Assembly (NCBI GenBank): GCA_964016885.1
Contig: OZ024745.1
Span: forward strand, 122,822,001 to 122,886,000
Direction of reading: 5' to 3'
DNA: 64,000 nt
DNA from: Eledone cirrhosa
Taxonomy: Eukaryota
This document shows, one piece after another, positions 38,581 through 52,379 of the stretch; within the stretch, counting starts at the first letter, position 1, and every line of letters starts with the position of its first letter. The notes beneath the pieces were generated by a model. The model was not told the DNA's origin, searched no databases, and was given only the letters and a program-made list of their open reading frames with translations. The position numbers and the translations under genes were made by a program.

Positions 38581-41500
38581 AGGGCTGTGGGCCGGCCAGC
38601 ACGTGGGACCCCATTTGCTCACTATACAGAGAGATGGGGAGAGCAAGAGAGATGGGGGCGACGATGGTGGGAGTTTGGCTCTTCTGTGTACGGACACATT
38701 GCACCTGTCATGTAGATCATGTGATAATTTCTAACCAGTTAAACACATTCCCTCAAATTCCAAACGTTTTAATAAAGGAATGGTATTGAGCAATGTAGTG
38801 CCAAACCTCTCCTCATGCTAGGAAGACGTTTTTATCATAATTATGCTCACTAAGGACTTACATTGGACTTAACAACAACAAAAACTAATTCAATAAATAA
38901 AGCATTATTTGATGCAAGCACAGTAAATAAAACCAATACACTAAAAATTATAGTGTATCTAACATTTTTTCATTTAAAAGAATAGTCTCATCCTATTCTT
39001 GTAATATAGCAATTTCATAGAAGCAATATAATTTATGAATGATTGTTAAATTCCTTCTAACTCAATTGTGCGCTTGACACTTAAAGGGAATCATAGCTGT
39101 AGGCAATAATAAATATGACTGAGAACAAGTATCTTCCAAAAGCCAGCATGACTTTTAGTAATATGCATATGGACAATCATTCATTACTGATTACAATTTG
39201 TACAAATGCTGTACATTTTCTAATTCTGGGATTGTAATCTCTTCACAATCATTACTTGTACACTTTATTTATAAAGTAATGTGCCTAAAGGCTGATAAGA
39301 AGGTGCCAGTAACTTTCCATCATTGCTTTTATCAGCCCATTTCACTAGCCATAAAGATGATCTGTAAATTTGGGTATATTATTTGAACTCTTGATTGAAA
39401 TATTGATACCATCAGCTTAGCTGAGCTGATAGCCAAGGTGACTGTTCTTCAATCAAAAGATAGGGTGTAAAAGCTATTAAAAAGAGTAATGGAATCAGGT
39501 CAGATCATTGAGTACCTCTAATGACTTGTTTCAATGGTTTACAACTAAATCTATAGCATTCAGCATATGGCATATCATTTTATGATCATATTTGTTGTCG
39601 TTCCTATTAAAGTCTAGCTATATCACTTCAATGTTCCATTGAGTGTGTAGTTGCATTCATATATATTTTTGATACTGCAAAGGTTCTATAAGTCATATTC
39701 TGTCTAGATGGAAACAAATCATTTGTCTATATAGATATAATAATGTTCACTTTGGTAATTCATTCCATAACCTTGCCGGTAAATTGCACATTAAAGATAT
39801 CTCTTTTGAAAATCTAAGCATAGTTTTAAAGTTATTTAAAAAATATTTCTCAACATCTTTGGTTCCTTTCCCTTCACTCACCTTTTGTGAAAAGAGTTCA
39901 ATTGTTAAAAATTGCTGTGAGTGGCATTTTTACTTTATTTTAATTTAATTTAATTTATTTATTTATTTATTTATTTTGTTTATATATTATTTTGTCACTG
40001 ATTTGTCTTATTTAATTGATTCAGGAATTTTATTCATCATCTCATGAATATTTTTCTGTCTGTGTGAATGCTATTTTTCTAAACTTTGACGTGCATTACT
40101 TCAGCTGCTGATCCCTATTTTTAATTAGTTTCTATTGAGCTTTGAGAAAATCTAGATTGAATTTGAAGTGTTTTTCTGCAAGATGCTGAGTTACATGTTC
40201 TTCTGGACCATATATTGTCAATTCTAAATGAGAAAACAAAATAAAAAAAATAAAAAACTCGAGTGTGAATTGAATCTACATCTGCTTCATGGATGTCTCA
40301 GTCTAATTATTATTATAACATAAGCCCTCTGGCGTATCTACTTTCACCAGATATGTCACTATCATAGAATTGGATACCACCTAAGAGTCAATTGTTTTGG
40401 AAAAATTAATATCATTTTTTTCTTTCATAAAAATGTTATGTAAAAACATCATCATCATTACCAATACCAGCTGTCTCTCTCTCTCTCTCACTCCCTCTCC
40501 CACTCTCTACACCTTACTTATAAATGTATTGTGAAAGCATGAAGTAAAACAACACAACTGAAATGGCTTCAGCTTGTTTACAGAAGAATACAACACAGGC
40601 TATACTTCCATACACTCTATGGAATGACTCAGAAGGCCTGAATTAAGTGAAACAATAGTAAATCTTACTTTGAACCCTATGCTCTCTATATTACATGTAA
40701 TATCCCTAGATATTCTTCTTCTTCCCAACAGCTATAAATCAAGGTAGAAATAATCTAAGTATTTTATTTCCAAAAATATGTTGATGACACAACAGTCCAC
40801 ACTGTAAGGTGGCCATGTAGGAGACATGGTAAAAAGGCTCCCAGTCCACACTGTAAATGTGGTTGGTGTTAGGAAAGGTATCTAACTGTAAAAAACCTGC
40901 CAGAGACGCTTCCGTGCGAGCGAAGCATGGTTTCTTGACCATACCCGCATCAAATGGAACAAAACCATCTAACCCATGCTAGCATGGAAGATGGATGTTA
41001 AACGATGATGATGATGATGTGAGTAGCAGATATATATTTACAATATATCCCACACTGTAAAGTGGACATGTAAAAGACACGGCAAAAAGCACCCAGCCCA
41101 CACTGTAAAGTGGACATGTAAAAGACACGGCAAAAAGCACCCAGTCCACACTGCAAAGTGGACGTGTAAAAGACACTGCAAAAAGCACCCAGTCCACACT
41201 GCAAAGTGGACGTGTAAAAGCAACTCAGGACATTATTCTTATATATGAAGCAAGGACTTTAATTCTTCAACGTGAGTAACTAAAAGCCAATATTTGCAAC
41301 ACTCATGGACTTGAACCTTATTTCCTACTGACCTGCTCGCACCTTTGTCACATATTCTGTATCAGTCATGCTTGTCACATGACTTAATAAATTTCTATGT
41401 TTGTTTTCAATCAAAACGCCTTCTCATTTATTATACACCTTTTTATTTCACTGCTGACCCCGCTACAAGTGTTACATGACTAGCCCTGTCTGTCAGCCCA

Positions 41501-42650
41501 ATTTCACTTATAATACTTGCATCAGTCTAAGTTCCATCATATAGGCCTTAGGCTCTAGACAGTAAGATCTTATCTGGAACTTCGTAAGTGCAAAGTAAAC
41601 TTCTTAAACATTTGGTTATATGTATGCACACAATCAAACATACATAAGTGTTTGCATATATGCATACTAACATATATAGTGAAACTCTAGCGAATCACTA
41701 ATTTGTTGATAAATATTACAGCTAGAAGCCTAAGTTTTCATACTCTAGACAAATTTGTGTTTCAGTAACCACAAAACCAATAATTTGTGTCACATCTTTG
41801 AAGTGATCTCATCTGCCACACTTCCTTATATAGAAAACAAAGCACATTTCAGTTTCTAAAACTTCAAATTCTAAATATATTTTTTTCTTTAGTTTGTTTT
41901 ATCTCTCTCTCTCACTCATGAACAAATACACACATATCTGTGCATACATAAATACATTTATACATGAATATACACATATATATACACATACATAAACATA
42001 CCTGTAAGCATGTGTGTGAAAACACTTCTAAATGTATAGTCACACTCATTTTCTTATCATATAAAATGCTGTCAAAATTCTGCCTCAAGAAGACAGCTGT
42101 CAGCAGGGCCTTGCATCAATACATATCAGTAGATATTCACCAAAACATCTTAACTAGCTATACGTGATAGCATAAAAAACAGGTATTTCAAGAATTATTC
42201 CAGTCAATGTTTTCAACAATAAGTTTTTAAAGAAATCTATCGATAACGTTTTAGCATATGATATCAACACAGAAAGAAAAAAACTTAGATATTCAATCTC
42301 AACTTTTCAGAATATGAGATATTATCTCAGAATTCTATGTTGCACCATATTTCTCTAAGGACAGAGGTGCAAAGCTGTTTTCAGAGTGTGTGCCAATTGG
42401 CACTAATCTTCTAAGAGAATTCTCTCATGTGCCCATGGAAAGTTTTGAGCAGCAGATTATCATATTAATTATATTGGTACTTTATAAGTCATTTTAGGGA
42501 GAAAGAGAACAAAATGCTTGAAAGCATACTTTAAAACTTTTGATACCAAACCACCAGAAACTCTCCAGATTCTTTAATACAAAACTGCTTATTTTAAAGT
42601 GCTTATATTTATCTAACAACCTTATATCAGAATTTTATGTGAGAACCTTT

Positions 42651-42910
42651 TTAACCCTTTCATGACCACATTTCTAATGAAATACAGTCTATTTTAATTA
42701 ATTAATGAAGAATTTTGAGAGATTTACTAAAATTATTAGTTATTTCATTACTAAGATATTAACTTGATGTAAGGTTTTTATATAAAATTATGTTTGAAGA
42801 TTTTAATTTAAATTGGAAACCTTTAAAATGGGTGATTTCATTTCATAGAACCAGAGCTGGTTTTGGCTGGGTTGGTACCAGCCAAAACCAGCTTTGAGTT
42901 AAAGGGTTAA
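42651..42910. mobile_element. piggyBac-like MITE, second family
   Basis: TTAA-CCCTTT...AAAGGG-TTAA. Degenerate relatives at about 3983-4245 and 58407-58638. Confidence 0.6.
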
Positions 42911-43984
42911 AGTTAATTTCAAACAAAAAAACCAAATAATTCTTTCTAGCATTGACACAAGGCCAGAATTTGAGGGATAGGGAAAATCAGTTATATCAAC
43001 CTCAGTACTTATCGACCCTAGAAGAGTGAAAGGCAAAATTGATCTCAGAAGGAATTGAACTCAAATAACTAGATACTATAAAGCTGATGATTGTAAATCG
43101 TCCATTATTGCCTTCTGAAAGTTGAACATTCCAAGATGTCAACCAACTTAATAATGGTTTCTTATATAGGCACAAGGCCAGCAATTTTGGAGGAGGGGAA
43201 GTTGATTAAATCGACCTCAGTGCATGATGGTACTTTATTTTATCGACCCCATAACGATGAAAGGCAAAGTTAACCTCGGTGGGATCACAGCAACTTAATA
43301 ATGAGAAGGTGAGTCATGTTATTAAATAACTCCACCTACTTGGTTATTTTCAAAATGTTTTGGAAGTCAAAAGCAGAAACGTGGTAACCAAAACATTAAA
43401 GACTATTTAGACAACAACTTCTGAATTGATTAAGTGGGACAGCTTTAAGAAGTAAATGTTTTATTTATAACAACTAATTCACAAAATGTAAAATGAATGA
43501 ATAAATACCAATATCAAAGAATTTCTTTCAAGAAAAAGAAGGCTCTTGTTACTTATTTATGTGTAGGTGTTTTACTCATAGTAAACATAATGGATGAATT
43601 GAAATAAATGAAGGCATCTTTTGAAGTATGTTTAAACAATTATTAATGTCGATAACAATTCTTATATATATTATATATAAGCAACATAAAATAATAACGT
43701 TTTTTAAAACACCATTATTTACAATTTACATTATACCTTAATAATAAGAAACAAGAAATGCGAACAATTATGAAACCAAAGAAATCAAGACAGCGAAAAT
43801 AAACATTTTATTCTCAGTAAGATCTTTTTCTGAGAGACAGTTTTTCTGTTGCTGTAAGCTTTAGAAAGTCCCTCCTTCTCATGCATTGTTTTTTTCTAGA
43901 CAGACACAGATCTAAAGTTGTTTTCAAGCTAAATGAATCTCACTAGTCTCAGAGGACCTACAAAGGTCACAAGCAGGGGTGGCG

Positions 43985-44317
43985 CTTGAAGACACCCTTC
44001 GGTCATGAATGATCATGTGATTTGCACCTAGAAAGTTTTCCTCCAAGGCACAAGTCTGGGCTAAGTTGTTTGTGGAAGACCAGCAGTCTCCCATACATAC
44101 CAGCCTCCCCTCTCCATGCCACCGATGATGTCCAAGGGAAAGGCTATGGCTGATACAGCTTGGCACCAGTGACATCGCAACTCATTTCTAAAGCTGAGTA
44201 ACCTGGAGCAACGTGAAATAAAGTGTCTTGCTCAAGGACACAACGCATCACCAGGTCTAAGAATCGAACTCCCAACCTTTCGATTGCAAGCCCAATGCGC
44301 TAACCACTAAGCCGTAC
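43985..44317 (-). mobile_element. Full-length tRNA-derived SINE family B
   Basis: Reverse complement has A box GGCTTAGTGG, B box GAGTTCGATTC and core GTGTCCTTGAGCAAGACACTTTA. Confidence 0.8.
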
Positions 44318-45621
44318 AGGCAAACTAGGCAGCCACCTAGGGAGCTGATTTCAGGGGGTGCATTTCCTCAAATCAACGACAATTTTGAAAAATAAATAAA
44401 TTTCAGTATTATTGAGGGTCGTTTTTTTATCCTGGTTTATTTCATACAGGGAAAAATAAATTTTGAAAAATTAAAAAAAATTTATTGTTTATAAATTTTG
44501 AAATTGATATTTTCCTGGGGAGGAAGCACCAGAATTTAACCTTGCCTAGGGTGCCAGATAGTTTGGCACTGGTCTTGGTCACCAGCACTACCCCTTGTCT
44601 TTTGACTAGCTTATCAAAATGTGTTATATGTTATTTGGCAGTATCAGTAGAGAGTCGGACGCCATGTTTTGAAGCATAGAGTTACGTCCCTTTCCGGTCT
44701 GAGTTCCAAATCCTGCCGAGGTTAACTTTACCTTTCATCCTTACGGGGTCGATAAAATAAAGTACCATTAATGCACTGGGATAATTGCTGGCCTTGTGCC
44801 AAAAATAGAAACAGTTATATGTTAGCCGTAGATTAACAAAGTCATTAGCACATCAGCTTATTTGCTTCGGTGTTATCTCCAGTTCTGTGTTCTCTAAGTT
44901 CTAGTTTTTTTCTGAGGTCAACTTCGTGTTTCTCATCCTTTGGGTGGGTGGGAGGTCAATAAATAAAATAGCTGACCAGGAGTGATTGATAAGCAGAATT
45001 GTTAAACAGTCTGACAAAATCCAGCACTGTGATTTCCAGAAGATAATATCAGCAATAGACAGATCACTGAAAACGTAGTTTCTTTGGTTCAATCTGACGA
45101 TCATCTCCTTTCTTTTTTATATGTTGGATGCATATCATGAACATAAAATAACATTGGAGAACACTGACTTAAAATCACAAAATCTAGTTTGTATGATAAC
45201 CCAGATCAAAATATCCAGTCTTCTAAAGCTATAAATTATAGATAAATATAGAGTGAAAGTAAAAACAAAAATGCTATCCCTAACTAAAATATTAATATAA
45301 ATAATACAATATGGTATTATCATTTCTGGTCTGGCAGCTTCTGTAAAGTTCAATAATATATTGAAAGTTTCATTTAATACCAGGCTGAACAATATTAGAT
45401 ATACACAAATACAATATAAATCAATTTACCTAAATTCTCATAAAAAATTTAATATAATGTAATATAACAATTATTCCATATATGCACAACACACACGTGT
45501 ACATATATATATATATATGTGTATTTATATATTGTTTACTCTTTTACCTGTTTCAGCCATCCGGCTGAGGCCATGCTGGGGAACCGCCCTTGTTTATATA
45601 TGTAAAATGATGATGATGATG

Positions 45622-45653
<32 letters not shown>

Positions 45654-45786
45654 AAGAAGGAGGTGTGGTAAGGAACCAGATGGACCATAACACACCAGAG
45701 TACTCAATACTTAGGGTAGTAGAGTGGGTAATAGGAAAATGTTTAACCCCGACGTCATGCACTCTGCCGTCGGGGTTAAACATTTT

Positions 45787-45843
<57 letters not shown>

Positions 45844-46135
45844 AAATGTGTGAGAAAAACCACAGACCCTCCATCTCAACTCTACTTTTGAAAAGCAGAA
45901 GAACTGCGAAACCGGTAAAGGAACCAAATAAATATATAGTTGCATTTTCGATTTCATCTTTTTTTCTTCATACTCTCACTCGTGTAGGACACCTCGGTTA
46001 TTTTTCCTTTTGTAAAAAAACCTCACTTTCTAATATATATCATCATCATCATCATCGTTTAACGTCCATCTTCCACGCTTGCATGGGTTTGGACGGGGGT
46101 TTTCCCACTTGAGGCAAGATTGGTTGTCTTGCTCG

Positions 46136-46202
<67 letters not shown>

Positions 46203-46215
46203 GCATGTGTGTGAG

Positions 46216-46254
<39 letters not shown>

Positions 46255-46280
46255 ATATATTTGTGTGTATATATATATAT

Positions 46281-46488
46281 AATCACGTTTAATATAGAAA
46301 TGGCTTCTACAGGAATAGAACTGTTTCATTCAGAAGAAATCCCCAGGAAAGCTTTCCTGGTGACATATTTGAATGAAACAGGTCTAGTCCTGTAGAAGCC
46401 ATTTCTATATTAAACTTGATGATTACATTACTAATGTATTGAGTACCTTACGAACTGTGGTTACCCCAGATTGAATCCAGGACTCATA
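46281..46488 (+). mobile_element. Fold-back element with two divergent decayed hammerheads
   Basis: Arms 46281-46332 and 46370-46424 around the centre GAAAGCTTTC. Cores read CUGGGGA (-) and CUGGUGA (+), each followed by GAAU GAAA CAG...CUG UA GAAGCC. Confidence 0.72.
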
Positions 46489-47256
46489 TATATAGAGAGA
46501 GCTGACCAGAGGTCCCAACGCATTCCCCTGGACTAGCGGAACACTCAGGATAACAACTTCCCCTGATCACAGACAACACTTTATGGAATTTAAGCAGTGG
46601 CTATCCAGGGAATAAGAACACCTATGATGTACACACCTGATGTACACAAGCTGGCAGACCAGCCGAAATCTCTCTACGAACACTTTGAACTCTGTCCCAG
46701 CTCCTATCTTAACGTAATTCTCCATACTTTGCTTTATCTATCTTCCCAACACTCATTTTATAGTTGGACACATTTGTACCTGTTTTGGATAACCTTGTAC
46801 AGACCCCATATATTTCCTTGCCTCTATTATTGTATTATATGTATTTATCATTTTCTTTGTCTACACCATATCTGTTTATCTCGTATATTGTTACATATGT
46901 CTTCTCTCTTTTACTGTACGACTGTGCACCAACCCTAATTAACTCAATCTTTAACTTTATCTCTTATTCATCCTCATGTGTCTCACTCTGCTATTTCATT
47001 TAAGTTACCTTAAGTCGGCCCACTCCTAATTCACTGTATTTTAATTTATCTCTAATAATTCTTCACATGTCTTATTTTGATAATCACTTTGAGTTACCTT
47101 GGGTTGGTCTACACTACTTAATTGGTAAAGGAACAACCTAATAGCTCCGTACCGGTTAGGCATATTAGTCCAGAGACCTTGATCGGTTTTATGGATATTT
47201 GATGCAGGCTGTGGGGAACAATCCTACTGCCCAACCCCCTCCTGGAAATTCCCTTT

Positions 47257-47457
47257 ATATATCACTATTGTAATGTGTTGTTTTCTAGTACAATTTTTTT
47301 CATGATTTTATCTTTTATACAGGGAAACCTTATGCTAATCTCGTCAACTTCTTATATAATAATAAGTTGACGGGGCTAGGATAAGGTTTCCCTGTATAAA
47401 AGATAAAAACACAAAAAAAAATTGTATTAGAAAACAACACATTACAATAGTGATATA
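47257..47457. repeat. About 200-bp imperfect palindrome with one-sided tail
   Basis: TATATCACTATTGTAATGTGTTGTTTTCTA...GTCAACTT / AAGTTGAC...TAGAAAACAACACATTACAATAGTGATATA. Confidence 0.88.
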
Positions 47458-47539
47458 TTAGTACAACACAGGTTTTCCTAGCCTGTGTGATATTGCCAAC
47501 TGGTGGACTATTTCAATTGATGGGTGGGGGATGAACAGA

Positions 47540-48780
47540 AAATGGTGGACTGAACAGAAAATGGTGGCGTGATTGGAAATTTTGGTGGACGATATCTTCT
47601 ATCAGAAAAATATTCAAAAGGGATATGCAATGTACTGGTATATATATATATATATATAAAAACGGGAGTAACTGGGTCACATTTCTAGATATGATGTAAC
47701 ATCCTTGCAAACAAAGAACATTTTGGTATTTTCTATAGATTTGCGAAGGGTCAAATAGTTCTTCGAACGAAATAATATTTGTTTTCGAATATAAATCAGA
47801 TAAAGAAAGACCAAGAACAATTTTGTTAGTAAAATTAAGAAGTGACTTTAGGAGAAACTCACCAACGCTGCCAGCACCAAGATCTCACATAAAATTGACA
47901 TAGGCAATGACTTCTAAGTACGATGGCAAGATGCTGTAGACAAGAAGGCACAGATGACAATGCCAGACAAAATATGACAGTCCCAAGATGGGGCCTGTTC
48001 ATAGCTCAATGCACATGCTCGTAGAAACAGACAGCCACTTGAAGCTGTTAGATTGCATTGATCGCCAAGTAACTTCAACGTGTTCTCGTATTTGTGGATT
48101 AGTGAAAATGGACTTTGAGTAAAAATATAACGTATTGAACGAACATTTTGTTATCTAATGTTCCTCCTATTTGCCTGTGTATTGTACGATTTTTAGACAC
48201 TTCAATGTCTCCATTAAAAGCAACTGTCGTTAATACTGCATTGATTATTTATCTTATGAGCAGTCAACCCAACTTTAAGCAACGAAGTCATGAAGCCTCC
48301 ACGCTTAAAATATTATTTATATTCTAAGGAAAAACCTTTGTCATATTTCTTACAACTTAAGACCTCATTTGAAAAGCGGAACACGTTGTCTTGAAATTTC
48401 AGACAGCAACTACACAATAAGAAAAGTGATGTTTTTGTCATACAACTTTGCGTTACTGATCACAAAGTTTGATCTTGTCGATTGAAAACCGTCCATTATT
48501 GCTTTCTGAAAGTTGAACATTTCAAGAAGTCAACTCTATCAATTTCAATAATAACTTGAAAGATGAATTGGTTGATGAGGATGTCATTTTATAGTGCAAA
48601 TATTTGCAGCCATTGCATGATGACATGGTACAGCGATTTCAGGATATTATCGCATTGCCTGTTCCAGTTTGGTATAACAATCCGTTTGAAATTCAAGTAA
48701 TTGATAAAAGACGATGTGCAGGAAGAATTAATAGATTTTCAAAATGACAATAATGCCACAATACGGTATCACCTTCATAG
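47540..48780 (+). pseudogene. Decayed hAT (Charlie/SCAND3-like) transposase
   Basis: 48601-48750 reads YLQPLHDDMVQRFQDIIALPVPVWYNNPFEIQV...DVQEELIDFQND. The 5' boundary is approximate. Confidence 0.65.
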
Positions 48781-48795
48781 TAAACATAGCTTGTA

Positions 48796-49344
48796 CAGGA
48801 TGGTCCAAAACTCTTGTCACCCCTTGTCACATATTGTTTTAACTTTCATTATTTTTTGTTTTAATAATATAATATATAATATCATTAATTATAATTGTTT
48901 CTACTTTTGGCACAGGCCAGCAATTATTCCAGTGTATTACTGGTACTTTATTTTATCGACCTTGTAATGGTGAAAGGCAAAGTTAACCTCGGCGGGATTT
49001 GAACTCAGACCATAAAGGGCCGTAACTCTTTGCTGCAAAGCATGGCGTCAGACCCTCTACCGCTACTGCCAATCCACCGCCCTTATATATCATTAATTAT
49101 AATATATAATAATAATAATATAATTTTCTATTTCAGAGCTCCTATAGTTTGGAAGAGAGGCTGCTTGCAAGTGTATGGACACCTGATTGTGTGCATTCTG
49201 GCAAGTGTATGGAGGATGTGCGACATGGCTTCACTGCTACATTCGGCAAACCAGCTCCTCCAAAGAGGATGATACTGCGACGGGAACGTAAACTGTTTCT
49301 CATTACTTTTTGGTAGGGGGTGACAAGACTTTCGGACCACCCTG
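48796..49344. mobile_element. Tc1/mariner-type MITE with nested SINE A
   Basis: TA-CAGGATGGTCCAAAACTCTTGTCACCCC ... GGGGTGACAAGACTTTCGGACCACCCTG-TA. Confidence 0.88.
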
Positions 49345-49799
49345 TATAATGACATCTTATCCCAATCTAATAAAATTTAATAAAATGCAATTTTAAATTG
49401 TTAAGTTTGCTTTCATTTGTTCTTTAATACAGTAATAGCAACAGTAGCCACTGTTTAAGTTGGAATTACTTGTTACTGCCCTTTTAAAAATTCAGTTTAC
49501 GAACCAGTAACACACTTTTACCAAATACTTTTGGTATGTTTTTGAATATTTACTATCCAGGTGGGTGGGAGAACATTTTTCCATGTGAAAGTGGGTGATG
49601 ATGCAAAAAATGTTGGTAAGCCCTAGTATAACACTAATAAGAACTTAGAAAAAAGTGTTAATGTTTCAGATGCTAGTTCTTCATCGGTGTCTTAGTAACC
49701 AAACCACTTTTGTGAAAACGGTTGCTTTTCATGCCTTCATTTCTTTAAGAAGGTCACTAATCATAAACCATCCTAAAGTTAACCACAGTAACTGACTCA

Positions 49800-50060
49800 T
49801 CTTGTGGTTCCACTTCTAGCAGATACAAACTATGCCTAAACAGACTAAGATCTGGTGTTGGACATGCAAAAGCCAGTCTTGCAAAATGAGGATATTTAAA
49901 GGATGGGGACGTTGTGTGTGACTGTGGCATCCAACCACAGACTATGCAGCACCTTCTGATATGCCCTCTGCTGGGAGACCCTGCACAGTATTGGACTAGG
50001 CAGAGTTTAATAAGAAAGGACAGCATCTAACCACATCTAACGAACCACATCTAACCAGGC
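49800..50060 (+). mobile_element. Ingi/Vingi-like LINE 3' fragment (C-terminal CCHC)
   Basis: LNRLRSGVGHAKASLAK*GY...CDCGIQPQTMQHLLICP. Confidence 0.65.
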
Positions 50061-50524
50061 TTTGTAACTGACACAACAACTGTGCTATAACTCTTTCTGT
50101 TACTTTCATGACCTGGTCCAACAGCTTTATACCTCAATAATTTCCTCTATCTAGTGCATCTCCTTTGTAGCAGTTAACAATGATGCTGCTGCGCCAATCA
50201 TTTGGTATGATGCCATTTAGTATTATTTGATTTATAATACGTGTGGTTATGGTGTGGCCAACTGACCCAGGTGCTTTCAGCATCTCTGTAACTATTCCCA
50301 AATATATATATATATCTATCTATCTATATATATATATTTTTCTTCCTAATAATCGTCTCTTTCTCCCTGTTTTCATATATATATATATATATATACTTTG
50401 GGAGGGTCATGTTGCCAATAAGAAACACACGCACCAGTTGCTTTCACTTCAATTTATTATAAATTAAATTTATAAATTTCCAGTTGGTTGGTTGGTTCCA
50501 CAACCAGACGTTTGTTCATATATT

Positions 50525-50567
50525 GTCAAAGTTCTTTCGTCACACATTCTGTGACCTCTTCAGTGAC
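50525..50567 (-). ncRNA. Minimal hammerhead motif, left arm
   Basis: Exact reverse complement of 50713-50755. Confidence 0.75.
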
Positions 50568-50712
50568 TGGGGATTCTTTTCTTTGTTTTTGTGCCCCTCC
50601 TTTGTTCTGTCCTACGCCATCTTGTTTTGTGTGTGTTGTGAAAAAAAACAAAAAACAAGATGGCGTAGGACAAAACAAAGAAGAGGCACAAAAACAAAGA
50701 AAAGAATCTCCA

Positions 50713-50755
50713 GTCACTGAAGAGGTCACAGAATGTGTGACGAAAGAACTTTGAC
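50713..50755 (+). ncRNA. Minimal hammerhead motif, right arm
   Basis: GUCA CUGAAGA G GUCACA GAAUG UGUGAC GAAA GAAC UU UGAC. Confidence 0.78.
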
Positions 50756-51331
50756 AATATATGAACAATCGTCTGGTTGTGGAACCAACCAACCAACCGG
50801 AAATTTATAAATTCCTAAATTTATAAATTTAATTTATAATAAATTGAAGTGAAAGTAACTGGTGCGTGTGTTTCTTATTGGCAACATGACCCTCCCAAAG
50901 TATAAAAATATAGGTTTCAACACACGTTTTCAGATAAAGAATCTTGCTAAACAAATTCAGAAACTAAATATATATATATATATATTTACACACACACAAC
51001 ATCTGTACTACTGGAGCGTTGGGTAGTTTTTGAAGATTTTAGAAAATGTAGGAATCCCAAACACAGAAAATAACTGAAGCCATGATTGATTTCTATATAT
51101 AGCTTTAAAAAATGGGTAAAATACCCCTACGGAATGAGAAAAGTGAAGGGTGCAAATCTCAAGCTAGCATGGAAACAAAGGTATAAAAGGATGAGGATGA
51201 TATATTACATCATCATTAAAGACACACATTATATATCTACAAATACCATAAAGACATACTTATTATCTCTATTATCTCTAAAAAAAAAATCAAAAATCAA
51301 AAGAGGAAACATACATGAACATATATATATG

Positions 51332-51366
<35 letters not shown>

Positions 51367-51466
51367 GTATATATATACATATATATATATATCCAAAATT
51401 AAATTAAGGGTGTCATGTCTGAGAGACATGCGCCATATCCTCTGTAGAATATGCTCAAAGATTCCA

Positions 51467-51772
51467 ATGAAACAACCACAGGGAATAATTTGTAAAGTGT
51501 GTAAGTGCACACAGCTAGGTAGGTAACTAATTAAAGTTTAACTAGAACTTCAAACATAGATACCTTTTAAAATGATGAAAATCCGGGATTTGACTAATGT
51601 GATTTACCGATTGATGGTGAAATATATTTCTTTATTTAATGAAATATATATAAAGGAGATTAATCATTTTAAAAGGTATCTATATTTGAAGTTTTAGTTA
51701 AACTTTAATTAGTTACCTACCTAGCTGTGTGTGCTTACACACTTTACAAATTATTCCCTGTGATTGTTTCAT
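51467..51772. repeat. Inverted repeat (arms about 110 bp) around a hammerhead remnant
   Basis: Arms 51467-51576 and 51663-51772. The spacer contains GAAA UAUAUA UA AAGG. Confidence 0.8.
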
Positions 51773-51775
51773 GTT

Positions 51776-51812
<37 letters not shown>

Positions 51813-51828
51813 AATCAATTTCTAGTTG

Positions 51829-51862
<34 letters not shown>

Positions 51863-52016
51863 ATATATATATATATATATGTGTGTGTATATATATATAT
51901 ATACATATGTTTGGAGTTAGAAGGCCAGAACAATGCAGGTATGGATACAGAATATAAATACAAATGCAAAAGATATTGCTGACGATTAGTCTTTTACCTT
52001 AAATTTATTTGAATAT

Positions 52017-52051
52017 CCTTAATTTTCGAGATAATATCTCTTCTTCGGAGG
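52017..52051 (-). ncRNA. Very minimal hammerhead-like motif, U4C
   Basis: CCU CCGAAGA A GAGAU AUU AUCUC GAAA AU UA AGG, with AAUAAA shortly downstream. Confidence 0.5.
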
Positions 52052-52086
52052 GAAGTAAAGGGGTTAATCTAGTGTTCTAATTAACT

Positions 52087-52212
<126 letters not shown>

Positions 52213-52379
52213 ATATATCTTCACGTCAGCTTTTTTTAAACAAAGTTAAAATGGATACTATCTTTATTTAAAAGAACAAAAGAAAAATACATTAGTGCAT
52301 ATGTATATACGTATATATGTATATATGTATGTATGTACGTATATATGTATGTTCTTCTGGTTTTATAATTTCACAAAGT

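Larger units (their letters stand above)
50392..50968. mobile_element. Penelope-like terminal element as a 513-bp palindrome plus tail
   Basis: 50392-50904 is a near-perfect inverted repeat with arms of about 240-260 bp, one hammerhead per arm, and (TA)n on both sides. A decayed relative lies at about 58220-58403. Confidence 0.8.

Noticed and set aside
39150-40240. Possible decayed coding sequence on the minus strand
   Set aside because: Many stops and no recognisable motif.
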